A DNA stretch of 63,943 bases, the filler included, from Phoronis australis (taxonomy: Eukaryota; Animalia; Phoronida): NCBI GenBank assembly GCA_002633005.1. It is 12 parts of 12 records of this genome, joined end to end, with 100 filler letters (N's around TTAATTAATTAA, not from the genome) between each part and the next. Parts side by side here need not be neighbours in the genome. Positions count along the whole stretch, not along the records: positions 11,196 to 15,340 come from NMRA01002685.1; positions 15,441 to 27,274 come from NMRA01000067.1; 10 more parts are not named here. The stretch is one strand, 5' to 3'. The notes under the pieces are model-generated. The model saw only the letters and a program-made list of their open reading frames with translations. It was not told where the DNA came from and did no database searches. The stretch's first letter is position 1; each line of letters starts with the position of its first letter. Below are positions 12,701 through 24,462 of the stretch, piece by piece. Both the position numbers and the translations under genes were made by a program.

Positions 12701-14201
12701 ACCTTTTCCATTACTAGATTGTTATTAGTTAGCACTTGCTGTTACTTTCCTTCTTTTGAGAAATAAAATACTTTTTCAAAAATCACTAAATAGCATATGA
12801 CAAAAATCACACAGGCTTGAGCGCCCAAACATCTGACCAACGGAATCCTCTTGATATTGTTTAGTCACGGTACGAGCAAAATTGATTGAAATGAACTAAA
12901 ACTGACGCACTGAACCCTAAATGGCCAATGACAGAAAAAATAAAATCTCGAAAAATCCTTTCAAACACCAAAGGAACTCCCAAACTTGAGCTTCTCCCAC
13001 CTGGCTTTGGCGAGGCAGAAACTATAAAACATTTCACCTACAGAATCCTTTTGAAAATTTGATCTAACTTACATAAACGACGTACTGGTTAAAACTAATT
13101 TAAACAAACAAGATCATCAAACACAACAGTTAGGGAATAGCCACCTAAGCAAACTGCGCTTTAGAGATACTTAACATGACCGAAAACTACGGTGTGGAGA
13201 AATGACTGATATCTCGATTTTTCAAGCGAAGTTGTTACGATTCTCAAATTATGCCACATCTCGCCAGACAGTACAGTTTAGTACTTTTAGCTCTGGACTC
13301 CTGTTTGGGCGGCCTGGGTTCGAATTCTGGCTCCATTGGCTGACTATCGAGCATTGCACACAGGTGTCTCCTACTCCTTTGAACTCGATCTTACTAGGGA
13401 ATGTATGCAACGGAGTTAATGCACGCGCGCGCGCACAGCCTAAAATATAGGGGGTATGTGGATCTTTTACGACGACTAAAAAAACGGGGTATTAGGTTCA
13501 GAGCCGTGAATTGTGCATTCGCGCCGAATTCCTGTCCCCTTTTCTCGGACTTTTTGTTTCTCTGAGGCGAACATTTTTACCCACTTCGCCAAATGGGGGG
13601 CTCATTCAAGCCCCCAGAGCCCCCCACGGGTGCGCGCATGGATGAGAACCTGGATATAAGGCGAAAGCGCTTTCCGGGGCTGTGCAAAAAAAAACTCGCC
13701 TGTCACATCTACCTGTATTAGTCTTCCTACGCCGATCCGATGAATATGCAGAAGGAGACGGTCACGCCGGCTCGAACGATTACCGAGTGTTGGCTGGGTG
13801 TTGGATTCAAACTCAGTAACCGGTTCACTAATTCCCATAAAAATTCGTCAATTCATGCTAGGCATAGAGCAATATGTGACCAATGCGGAAATTAAGCAGG
13901 GTTCGAGCGATTTCGGTGGGGCACGCAAAAATACACAAGGAAAAGACTATTGTTTAGTGTGCATGTTTGCTACCTTATTGGGTGTGCATTACAATAACAT
14001 GGCTGTTTACCTAAATGCAGTCGAAGAATGAAACATTTAATTCCTCAAAAAATATTTATTTTTCTCTTTCTAAACAATATTGATAATGTTTGAGTTCGCG
14101 ATTCCAGGGTGATGTCTTTAACATTACCAAAGCGAGTATTCAGTGAGCAGAGTCTAACGCAACACACAATGTAGTGAAACATGTTGATCACGTGAACTTA
14201 C

Positions 14202-14301
14202 CGGCTGGAGTCGGAACGTCAACGTCTTCGAGCACGTATGATTCAACCTCTTCGCGTTTCACCAACGCCTTCATTTTGGTGGGAATTCCCGGCGTGTCCA
14301 T
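14202..14301 (-). CDS. First coding exon of a Zn-dependent medium-chain dehydrogenase, resembling bacterial-type L-threonine 3-dehydrogenase
   Basis: MDTPGIPTKMKALVKREEVESYVLEDVDVPTPA(G) then a gtaagt donor; tttttttctag acceptor at 14338 upstream. MKALVK...VxVPxP is the typical MDR N-terminus. Not in the ORF track. Confidence 0.65.
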
Positions 14302-15340
14302 CTCAAAGGTACTGTAGTCGCGAACAATTTGCACTGTCTAGAAAAAAACATTTGGGTAGGCTAGGTTAACGGCAATTTGGAGGTAAGCACTGCAAGTAGA
14401 TTGAATGAATTTGATTTGGTTGTGTGTGTGAACATGATGTGAATGGGAACAGGCCGCTAGTTCTGCAGTAAATTTCATTTTCAAAAATTTTTCATGCATC
14501 ACAAAAACCCGGAATTGCAAAAAAAAATGTTTTGGTTGCACGTCTTTTCCCATTTGTGGAATCTGTAGCAAATTTGCATTCAGAATCTAGAGTTAGCTCG
14601 TGTCGAGACTTGGCGGGGAAGTGGTGGCTTGAGGTTGAAAAGTGTCAGTTTTGCATTTTGGCACATTTTTAGCCTGGCTTCCTATTCAGCGGCAGTAAAA
14701 GTGACGAAATGTAAATCAGAACGAAATTTCCGTGTTCACATTTAGCGCTTTTGAGATGAAATGTCTCAAAACGTTTCATTTTGCTCATCGAGTGTAAAAA
14801 AAGTGAAACCTATGGAGTGGTATTGGCAAACCCAATGACAACTGTTCAATGGTTCCTCTACTGAGCACACATTTCCAAGGTAACGTCATTTGGCGTAGGA
14901 AGGACGGAGCGGAGAACGGCGGCCAGTTATACAGGTAATTTTTATGATATTTATGGTTGTTTATCTTGTGCTATCAACTAGTAGGGGGAGAGATTTTCAT
15001 GCGTTCTAAAAGGCTTGCAAGGCGCTTGTGCAGACTCATAATTTGGATTTATTTGATACTTGCTGCTTACAAGAGACTCTTATACACGGATGTAAAACAA
15101 AAAATACTTAATTTTTCACCAGTCAGTTACGAGATATGACTACTGCTGCGGCAGATTACAAATCCCCGCGCACCCTGAGTTATTATGACTCGCCCAAAAG
15201 CTCAGTGGTTAGCCCTAGTAGGGGTAGTTAAATGGTATGACAGAAAGGTTGTGCTGGGGTGGGCCTAGCAACCTTTAGAGACCCTAAGATAGATTCGACA
15301 TGCCAACTGTATCCACCTTTTATTAGGGGCAACATAATCT

Positions 15341-15440
15341 NNNNNNNNNNNNNNNNNNNNNNNNNNNNNNNNNNNNNNNNNNNNTTAATTAATTAANNNN
15401 NNNNNNNNNNNNNNNNNNNNNNNNNNNNNNNNNNNNNNNN
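15341..15440. other. Artificial contig spacer
   Basis: N44-TTAATTAATTAA-N44. Confidence 0.97.
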
Positions 15441-15499
15441 TAAAATTAAAACTGATTTCAAGACAGAGGAGAATACAGTATTTGGTGGGAATAAGAAGT

Positions 15500-15690
15500 A
15501 ATTTGGTAATGTTATTTGGTAATGTTATTTGGTATGGTTATTTGGTAATGTTATTTGGTAATGTTATTTGGTAATGTTATTTGGTATGGTTATTTGGTAA
15601 TGTTATTTGGTATGTTTATTTGTTAATGTTATTTGGTAATGTTATTTGGTATGTTATTTGGTAATGTTATTTAGTAATGTCATTTGGCAT
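15500..15690. repeat. 13-bp tandem repeat (ttatttggtaatg)n, ~14 copies
   Basis: Read directly from sequence. Confidence 0.92.
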
Positions 15691-15986
15691 TTGTGAACGC
15701 ACATTATATAGACATCACTTTCATTATGGTCTTGTGAGAGAGACATCAAAATTTACATCAAGTTCATGTTCTACTTGGAAATGATGTGAAGTCATTTGCA
15801 TTAAATTAAATGATTTTAATTCATAATATTTTAGTTAATGTGCTACATCTCCATACAAAACAATTATAGTGTCATTATGGGTCCAAGTGGTGTGCAAGTA
15901 AATGCCCGTAATCTCAACTGATAACTTTAAAGAAGCATTTTATAAATCCACCTGTTGGGAAATGCATTACATACCCTGTACTGTAA

Positions 15987-16629
15987 CATGACAGCGTTTT
16001 CCCATTCAGTGACTTTACCAGACGTAGGTGTTCTGAGCGTGTGATAACATCTAGCTTTTTGTTAGCTGCCAAGCACACTCTTTTGTCTGTTGCGACAACA
16101 AGAAGGCCAATTATCTAGCATGCTTATTACAGACCACGTGCACACAGTCAAACTCAGAGTGAATTGGTGTATTCGGAAAGAATTAATAGATTGCACGCAG
16201 TTGGGCGATTTTGGCGATTCAAAAACTAAACACAATCACCATTTGACAAAGATTTCAGAAATGCTATTGGTTTATGCTCAAATATGTAATAACGTAACTT
16301 TTATTTTTAACAGCACAACCGAGTCAGGGTACATACGATCTTATTGGAGATTAGAGCAATTATTGAACAAAAGAGAGCTGGCCGTCCAATCATAAATGTC
16401 AGAATGGAGGTAATCTATTCTTTCCGAACATGTACCAACCGACGCTTTGGGTTTCACTACATGTTCACACATGGTCTGTAATAATCCTGGTAGATAATTG
16501 GCCTGCCTGTTGTCATACCAGACAAAAGACTGTGTTTGGCAGTTAACTGAAAGAAGCTAGTTAATTGTTATCACATGCTCACAACCCTCTACATCTGGTC
16601 AAGTCACTGAACGAAAAAACGCCGTCATG
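15987..16629. mobile_element. Old MITE/foldback with ~160-bp diverged terminal inverted repeats
   Basis: 15987-16146 matches the reverse complement of 16462-16629 (catgac.gcgtttt..ttcagtgact..accaga.gtag...ggccaattatcta...ttattacagacca). Confidence 0.75.
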
Positions 16630-16710
16630 ACCAAAATTGCTAAAGGTACCCCACTGTGAATTTGCAGTTAATGGATGAACTTTATTTATTTTCCATAGCT
16701 TCTTTTCTGA

Positions 16711-16854
16711 ATGCTGCCCTCTTCGACCGACCACGACAGATGCACCTCCCCCACCTTCCGACCCCGCACCGACACTTATCGACCGTCAGCCTGTGAGATT
16801 GATGAACAACTGTCAGAACCCCGCCCACCACCATTTGATGAGCAATGTCTACCG
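16711..16854 (+). CDS. Putative orphan Pro-rich protein, exon 1
   Basis: Acceptor ttccatag at 16698, ATG at 16711 directly after an in-frame TGA, donor gtgagt, phase 0; MLPSSTDHDRCTSPTFRPRTDTYRPSACEIDEQLSEPRPPPFDEQCLP. Confidence 0.5.
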
Positions 16855-17398
16855 GTGAGTATTGGTCCGTCTCTGATTTGATTTTTATTTTCCATTGAGA
16901 ATACAATAAAATCTCAATTCAAGACACAATATGTAAAGATGAATATGTTCGCAGTAAAATCATTAATGAAAAATGTAAAACCTCTAAATTGTAAACTTAA
17001 ATTCATTATATAGATCATGTTTAGAAGAACTTTAAACCTAGTGATGCAGAACAATACCAAGGTACAGCGACCCCTTCTATTTTGTATTTTGATAGTGACT
17101 TGTCACATTTAAGATCTTAGAAGCTATCGTTTGAGAAACCTAGCTTGAATTATTGAGAGACTGATCAGATTTTGAAGTTATGATATGCCCAGTCTCTAAT
17201 GTTGTAGCTTTTATTTTCTTTTGCCGAACTTGTTTCCCTTCAACTTTATTGTAAATATTTACGACACGCGCTTGACTATAGTTTTTTACGTCTTTACGCA
17301 ATTAGTTTTCCCAATGGACGTACTGGAATATATATTTGCTTATATTTTTACTGCATGTCGTCATTTTACCAACGCTCGCATTTCGAAGATATAAAGAG

Positions 17399-17558
17399 AA
17401 CTGTGTCCTCGTTATGTACCATTACCCTGGACTGTGTCCTCGTTATGTACCGTTACCCTGAACTGTGTCCTCGTTATGTACCGTTAGCTTGAACTGTGTC
17501 CTCATTATGTACCTTTACCCTGAACTGTGTCCTCATTATGTACTGTTACCCTGGACTG
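17399..17558. repeat. ~31-bp minisatellite x5 (actgtgtcctcgttatgtaccgttaccctg)
   Basis: Read directly from sequence. Confidence 0.92.
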
Positions 17559-17624
17559 TTAAAACCAAGAAATTTCCAACATTATTATCTGATCTAGAAC
17601 CAACTAGACAAACTATTGTGTCGC

Positions 17625-18440
17625 AACACAATGATTTTTGTTGTCTCCATGAATTGCAGAGGTTTGGGTTCTTCGTCTAAACGAAAAGATGTCTTTAACT
17701 ATATTGAGCATTTTAAAAGTGATATTGAAACATTAGAACTCAGTGAGGGTAAGAGTATTATTTCCATCATGGAGCAGGAAACTCTAGGATGTATCCATTT
17801 TATTTAACAAGAATTTTGAGTATGAAGTTGAATGTATTTTTAAGGACTCGGTTGGCAATTTTTTGGCAGTTAAAAGTTTGAAATATTTCTTGTGAATTCA
17901 TATAGGCCGAATGCCGATGATACGGATTTTTTAAACCTAATATTGAAAAAACTTGAGTTGAAATGGATTGGAAACAGGAAGTATGATACCTGATTTTGTA
18001 AAAACTTTACATTGATTAAAAAGAGGGTATTAAATTTAGCATGAATCTAGTTGAAATTATTGGTTTGAACTTGATTGCAAAAGTTATTCCAGACCTGTTC
18101 AGAATATCTTGCGCTGTTGGTCCAGTAGATACCTGTGTTCTGGGAAAAATTGTGAAATCTTTATTATTGCCAAAGCTTACACATCCTGTCTGAAGTCCCC
18201 CATCACTGAAGGACGATTTTATCAAACAACTGTAGAAAATGCTTTTTTAGTTTATTTGGAGTAAAAAAGAATTATAAAAATCATTGTTTTAACACGATTC
18301 ATTTGCTTTCTTTTATTTAAAAGCTCTTAAAAAGATTTGGCCTGGGTAGATATTTCGTGGAATACGAATCTAATTGACATTGAAAAGATATTCAATGGAG
18401 GAAACGATTTTTTTAAAAGCTTAGCCCAGTCCACAGGAAA
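17625..18440 (+). mobile_element. Internally deleted L1/Tx1-type LINE relic (APE endonuclease start fused to post-RT region)
   Basis: VVSMNCRGLGSSSKRKDVFNY; KNFEYEV..FKDSVGNFL; later IVKSLLLPKLTH..DDFIKQL..MLF.FIW; many stops and frameshifts. Confidence 0.7.
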
Positions 18441-18445
18441 TCCTT

Positions 18446-19210
18446 ATGATGCCCTCACATATTATTATTTGGGTGCATATTGTTGCCATCCTGTCTGGGC
18501 ATGCGGCCTCCACAGCTCCTAAACCCCTTACAGGATCTTATTGAAATGTGGTAGATGTGTTCCCATGTGACTGATAACATGAAGACGAGTTTTGGACCAA
18601 TCTCAGTACCGCTGCTTCTCCCAAGTGGCAGTTTTAGTTTTTTATGTTTGCCTCTGTAACTTCAGTGTTCCTTGAAGTATTTTCATGAAATTCGTCTAAC
18701 AATAAGGATGTTATGATTCCATTCCATTTTCAGGCGGATTCAACGAATTTTACGGCACCGCCCCGTGTGCCATTTTTGCTATTTTCCGTCCGTTTTCTGG
18801 CGTCCATCTCTATCTGCCAAAGTGCTCATTATGAGTATTTACAGATGTGTTCCTAATGAGAAGTCTGATTACTGTTTTGCCCCCCCAGTGGTGATTTTTT
18901 TTGCATCTGCGGCTAAATCCTTAACTCTTTGATGGAGCTTCGTGAAATTTGAAAGATGCATTTCTGTCGAACTCAGATCCAAATACCACTCTGCTCCACA
19001 TGTTTGATTGTGTCTTTGAAGTATATTATTGCATTTCCATGAAATTTTGCAAATTTGTTTCTAATAAGAAGAAGACAACGCCTTTTTCGGACAGATTTGA
19101 TGTTTTCTGCGTTAAGTGCATGTGGCCATTTTTGTTATTTTTGCGTTCATTGTTTTTTAAGTTTACTTCTAAATCCAAGGAGTTCTTGTTGCTTACAGAC
19201 ATTGCCTCAA
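18446..19210 (+). mobile_element. HINE/Helentron-like non-autonomous element (copy 1; copy 2 at ~20435-21175)
   Basis: Left end atgccc..tattattatt..gggtgcatattg (short inverted repeat around a microsatellite) followed by diverged gaaattt-containing sub-repeats. Confidence 0.5.
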
Positions 19211-19281
19211 ATAGACTAAGAGTTCTTGGAAAAATACTGAAAGCGGAGGTTTTTATAGATCTACATACATTTTTGTTTCAG

Positions 19282-19443
19282 CCACGATGGAGAGAAGTTC
19301 GAAGGATGGGATGCAACACTCTTGAGATTAAGGAATGTCCACCACTTGAGATTAAGGGATGTCCACCGATAGAGAATTACCACCTTCAACCTGTCGACCT
19401 CATCACTGACCATCCTTCGCTTACCTATTCGAAACAGCTGATA
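19282..19443 (+). CDS. Putative orphan Pro-rich protein, exon 2 (copy A, phase 0-0)
   Basis: ttttgtttcag acceptor and gtaagt donor, 162 nt; PRWREVRRMGCNTLEIKECPPLEIKGCPPIENYHLQPVDLITDHPSLTYSKQLI. Confidence 0.5.
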
Positions 19444-19800
19444 GTAAGTGAAAATCCTTTTTCAACATTTCTAATTGTAATTNCTTGAGATTGAGGGATG
19501 TCCACCGATAGAGAATTACCACCTTCAACCTGTCGACCTCATCACTGACCATCCTTCGCTCACCTATCCGAAACATCTGATAGTACGTGAAAATCTCAGT
19601 TGATTCCGAGATTTGTGATTTTGTTTTACAGCATGCGTAGTCCTTAAAATTATATGAAATTCTAAGCTACTGACTACTCTGTGTGTTTATCTTGAAATTT
19701 GGCTGGAGCAAGGTAATTGCATGTATTCTAGAGTTATTGTTTGGCCTTATGCTGATCGGCTTCCTCATTGCTTGCATTTCAAGCTGCATGATTAGAAATG

Positions 19801-19931
19801 TAGGTTATCCCACATAGATAGGAATACTACTGCTGTATCCTATCGAGAATTGATTTCAGTTGAACCGAAGGATGAAATGAATTCGAGATAGGATATCACA
19901 GTAGTATACCTATATAATGTAGGATAACCTA
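19801..19931. repeat. ~130-bp imperfect palindrome (duplicate at ~21602-21746), probably a transposon end
   Basis: taggttatcccacatagataggaatactactg..tatcctatc / gataggatatcacagtagtatacctat..atgtaggataaccta. Confidence 0.75.
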
Positions 19932-21244
19932 TTTATACCTTCATCTCGGCAATATTGTTCCCGTGAACTCTGGCTTGTTGTTACATGACATCATATGTAT
20001 GCCACGTAATGGTAACCAAACCGGTTATTGAAGTGAAAGCGTCATGTAACCAGTAAAGTTTTATTTCATAATAATTTGATATGATTTTTCAGTTTTTGAA
20101 GTTAAAAACACTGAACCATTCACAGATATCAAAAGTTTGTTAGAAACTTAGNTTATTGCCAAAGCTTACACATCCTTTCTGAAGTCTCCCGTCACTGAAG
20201 GACGATTTTATCAAACAACCGTAGAAAATGCTTTTTTAGTTTATTTGGAGTAAAAAAGAATAATAAAAATCATGGTTTTAACACAGTTCATTTGCTTTCT
20301 TTTATTAAAGCTCTTAAAAAGATTTGGCCTGGGTAGATATTTTGTGGAATACGAATCTAATTGACTTTGAAACGATAGTCAACGGAGGAAACAATTTTTT
20401 TAAAAGCTTTGCCCAGTCCACAGGAAATCCTTATGATGCCCTCACATATTATTATTTGGGTGCATATTGTTGTCATCCTGTCTGGGCGTGCTGCGTCCAC
20501 AGCTCCTAAACCCCTTACATGATCTTATTGAAATTTGGTAGATGTGTTCCCATGTGGCTGAGTTTTGGACCAATCTCAGTACCGCTGCTCCCCCCAAGTG
20601 GCAGTTTTAGTTTTTTATGTTTGCCTCTGTAACTTTAGTGTTCCTTGAAGTATTTTCATGAAATTCATCTAACAATAAGGATGTTGTGATTCCTTTCCAT
20701 TTTCAGGCGGATTCAACAAATTTTACGGCACTGTGTGCCATTTTTGCTATTTTCCGTCCGTTTTCTGGCATCCATCTGTATCTGCCAAAGGCTCATTATG
20801 AGTATTCACAGATGTGTTCCTAATGAGAAGTCTGATTACTGTTTTGCCCCCTAGTGGTGATTTTTTTGCATCTGCGGCTAAATCCTTAACTCTTTGATGG
20901 AGCTTCATGAAATTTGAAAGATGCATTTCTGTCGAACTCAGATCCAAATACCACTCTGGTCCACATGTTTGATTGTGTCTTTGGAGTATATTATTGCATT
21001 TCCATGAAATTTTGCAAATTTGTTTCTAATAAGAAGACAGTCAACCCTTTTTTCGGACAGATTTGACGTTTTCTGCGTTAAGTGGTGGCCATTTTTGTTA
21101 TTTTTGTGTTCATTGTTTTTTAAGTTTACTTCTAAATCCAAGGAGTTCTTGTTGCTTGCAGACATTGCCTCAAATAGACTAAGAGTTCTTGGAAAAATAA
21201 TGAAAGTGGAGGTTTTTATAGTTCTACATACATTTTTGTTTCAG

Positions 21245-21382
21245 CCACGATGGAGAGAAGATCGAAGGATGAGATGCAACACTCTTGAGATTGAGGGATG
21301 TCCACCGATAGAGAATTACCACCTTCAACCTGTCGACCTCATCACTGACCATCCTTCGCTTACCTATCCGAAACAGCTGATA
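21245..21382 (+). CDS. Putative orphan Pro-rich protein, exon 2 (copy B, phase 0-0)
   Basis: Same splice sites as copy A; 138 nt, differing by an in-frame 24-nt repeat unit. Confidence 0.5.
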
Positions 21383-22196
21383 GTAAGTGAAAATCTCAGT
21401 TGATTCAGAGATTTATGATTTTGTTCTACAGCATGTGTAGTCCTTGAAATTATATGACAATTCTAATTAGGCTACTGACTACTCTGTGTGTTTATCTTGA
21501 AATTTGGCTGGAGCAAGGTAATTACATGTATTCAAGAGTTACTGTTTGGCCTTATGCTGACTTCCTCATTGCTTGCATTTCAAGCTGCATGATTAGAAAT
21601 GTAGGTTATCCCACATAGATAGGAATACTACTGTCATATCCTATCGAGAATTGATTTCAGTTGGGAATGTCCCAACGACACCGAAGGATGAAATGAATTC
21701 GAGATAGGATATCGCAGTAGTATTCCTATGTATGTAGGATAACCTATTTATACCTTCATCTCAGCAATATTGTTCCTGTGAACTGTGGCCTGTTTTTATA
21801 TGACATCATAATTATTATGTATGCCACGTAATGGTAACCAAACCGGTTATTGAAGTGAAAGCATCACGTAACCAGTAAAGTTTTATTTCATAATGAATTG
21901 ATATGATTTTTCAGTTTTTGAAGTTAAAACACTGAAACATTCACAGATATCAAATGTTTGTTAGAAACTTAGAAACAATCCATCTGGGAAAATATAAAAA
22001 TTGAAACTATGCCTGAACAGTTGTGCAGTAGTGCATCGTTTTAGCTTCGATAAATTTCTTAGTTTTCTTGGTCTCTTTTAATTAGCTTCAGGAGTGTAGA
22101 TAGGAAATATAAACATTTCCCCTTGTATATATTAAGAGTAGACATGTCTCTGGTGTCTGTAAATGGACTGAATAAATTCTTGCTTTTCCCATCCAG

Positions 22197-22332
22197 GATC
22201 TCCCATCTGCCTGTCAACCGTCGTCACCTCCAGAGCTACCATCTGCTCCTCCGCTACCACCACCACCACCCCTCAGACGGAGTTCCAGGAACAGGAGACG
22301 CCCGAGGAGGTTGATAGAAGAGCTACTGCTAG
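22197..22332 (+). CDS. Putative orphan Pro-rich protein, exon 3 with basic RRSSRNRRRPRRLIEEL motif
   Basis: ttttcccatccag acceptor and gtaaag donor, phase 0 to 1; DLPSACQPSSPPELPSAPPLPPPPPLRRSSRNRRRPRRLIEELLL. Confidence 0.55.
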
Positions 22333-23081
22333 GTAAAGTTAGTGTTGTGTATGTTAGGTGATAATTTTGTTAACCAATTGTTTGAAAATGTCTTGAATTT
22401 TGTGTTTTAAGTTTAGACTTATGATTAGATTGTTTATCTTAACCTTCATTGATTCCTTGAAAGTAAAGACTAGTGTAGGCCATATAGGTTTTACGTATGG
22501 TAACTTGACTATAACTTCATTTTTATGGCTTATTGCTTTCTGGGTACAGTATCATGAAGAATGACTTAAAATCTGATCCTGCACTGACTCTACACAATCA
22601 CCTTTTTAAAATCAATTAAATCTCACTCGTTCAAAAATCTCTGAGAATTTGTACATTGAAGTAATTTCCCTCAATTATTTTTAGATTGGTACATGCAGAC
22701 TTACCTTCCTGAACCCTTTTTCAACCATAGACCAAATTCTTGTCTTGAATCCAAGTCTCTGGTTCATCTGATAAAACTTCTGACAGCCACGTGGTATCAT
22801 GAACAGTACAGTTTATGCCAGAAGTAATCTGGCAAAATGACCCATAATTTCCTATCGTGGCGGCTGGACAAATAGGAATTCAATGTCAGAGCAGCCACTT
22901 ACCCTTAAGAACATGAATGGAGGGGAAAGTATTTTGACTGGTTTCTTCTGCCTAGTACTGTACGAACCTGTTACTTTCTAAATTTTGACTGAATTCAGAT
23001 GAACACTGAATTCAAGGAGACATTCAGTTCCTTTGCACTGGTGCAGTTAAGCTTTAACAGTTTGTGACTTTCTTTCTTTAG

Positions 23082-23173
23082 GCCTGCCATCACCATCTGA
23101 TGACCATCCCAGCTTGCCACGGACGACCCGACCATCCCAAGCCAGACCACAGTACAGATCAACACTACCTTGA
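23082..23173 (+). CDS. Putative orphan Pro-rich protein, last coding exon
   Basis: tttctttctttag acceptor, phase 1; GLPSPSDDHPSLPRTTRPSQARPQYRSTLP*. Confidence 0.45.
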
Positions 23174-23984
23174 GTACTTTAACATCAGCAGTATGTTACT
23201 CATCCAGTTTAATGCTCATCTTTAAGTGCACACCTCAGAAAATTTACAAATTTCCATTTTTAGTTCCTGTACTCAGCTTACCACCCTGCTCCAAATTATA
23301 CATTAATTTTGTGCCTTTATGAACACCCATCTCATGATAGTTTTATCTCCCAAAACATACTCAACTCGTTTACCTTTTTGCATTAATCTGATCAGTCACG
23401 TCTGAGTTATAATATTCCGAACTTTGACAAACTTGGAGATTTTCTTTGGGCCTATAACCTTAACATCAACTCCTGTTTTTGATATTCTCAATTAGTTAAA
23501 ATATGTAGCCTGACCATTAATCTGGATGAGTATTGTATGTGGACCTTTAGTTAATTTGCGATCTTTGTTAATTTTCTTTTGGTTCCTTTGTGATACTGCT
23601 CTTGTACTTAGTGTTGTTTGTGCGTGTTTACTGGACTGCATTGTTGACCATCTGACGATAGTGACCTATTTGACCTTTTTATTGTGACCTTGCAAGACTG
23701 TTAATCTGTTAAAAATTTGGTCCACCATCATTGGCTAAAATTACATCTCCAGATAAACCTTCATTTTTATATAATATTTTTCTAAATTGGGTTTGATACA
23801 GTTTAATTTATTGTTGATTTTCTTCTAAATTTCGATGTTTTGTATTTTGGTCTTTGCTCATTGCAAATCTGGGAAACAAAGTCTTGGGGGAAGGAGCACT
23901 GAATTAATTTTCCATTTCAGCTGGGTAAACAGATGCACATCTGATGAGAGTTTCCAAAATCTTGCAACTTCTTGATGTGATGAC

Positions 23985-24462
23985 CATAGGTTTGACTTTT
24001 TGACGTTCACTTACCTAAGAGACCTCAGGCGTACGGATCTTTAGACCATACCATTTTGAATTTTTTTTGACGTTCACTTGCCTAAGAGACCTCAGGCGGA
24101 CAGATCTTTAGACCATACCATTTTGACTCTTTTTGACGTTCACTTACCTAAGAGACCTCAGGCTGACGGATCTTTAGACCACACCATTTTGACTTTTTTT
24201 TTGACGTTCACTTGCCTATGAGACCTCAGGCGGACAGATCTTTAGACCATACCATTTTGACTCTTTTTTTGACGTTCACTTACCTAAGAGACCTCAGGCG
24301 GACGTACCTTTAGACTATACCATTTTGACTCTTTTTGACGTTCACTTACCTAAGAGACCTCAGGCGGACGTACCTTTAGACCATACCATTTTGACTCTTT
24401 TTGACGTTCACTTACCTAAGAGACCTCAGGCCGACGGATCTTCCGACCATACCATTTTGACT
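23985..24462. repeat. 66-68-bp minisatellite x7
   Basis: Unit tgacgttcacttacctaagagacctcaggcggac..tctttagaccataccattttgactctttt; starts at 24001, 24068, 24134, 24202, 24270, 24336, 24402. Confidence 0.95.

Larger units (their letters stand above)
11196..12785 (+). mobile_element. L1/Tx1-type LINE ORF2 C-terminal half and 3' tail, degraded and split by a MITE
   Basis: QVIWNNRNILFDDKSVF..GIVYVKDIF; F.Y..VHR..T...L; CLSYNA/DSVETFDHLLCDCSFVKALW (zf-RVT); ends in 11-bp repeats and aataaa. Confidence 0.75.
18164..21973 (+). repeat. ~2-kb tandem duplication (18164-20151 and 20153-21973) with a partial third copy from 19484
   Basis: Sequence restarts at ttattgccaaagcttacacatcc after the single N at 20152 and at cttgagattgaggg after the N at 19483; copies are similar but not identical. 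Confidence 0.9.

Noticed and set aside
13285-13340. B-box-like gggttcgaattc as a tRNA
   Set aside because: No convincing A box or cloverleaf; at most an old SINE trace.
18949-19488. 179-aa ORF and its copy 21020-21403 as a single-exon gene
   Set aside because: The 5' part is repeat-derived intron sequence; only the splice-bounded 3' part is kept as a candidate exon.
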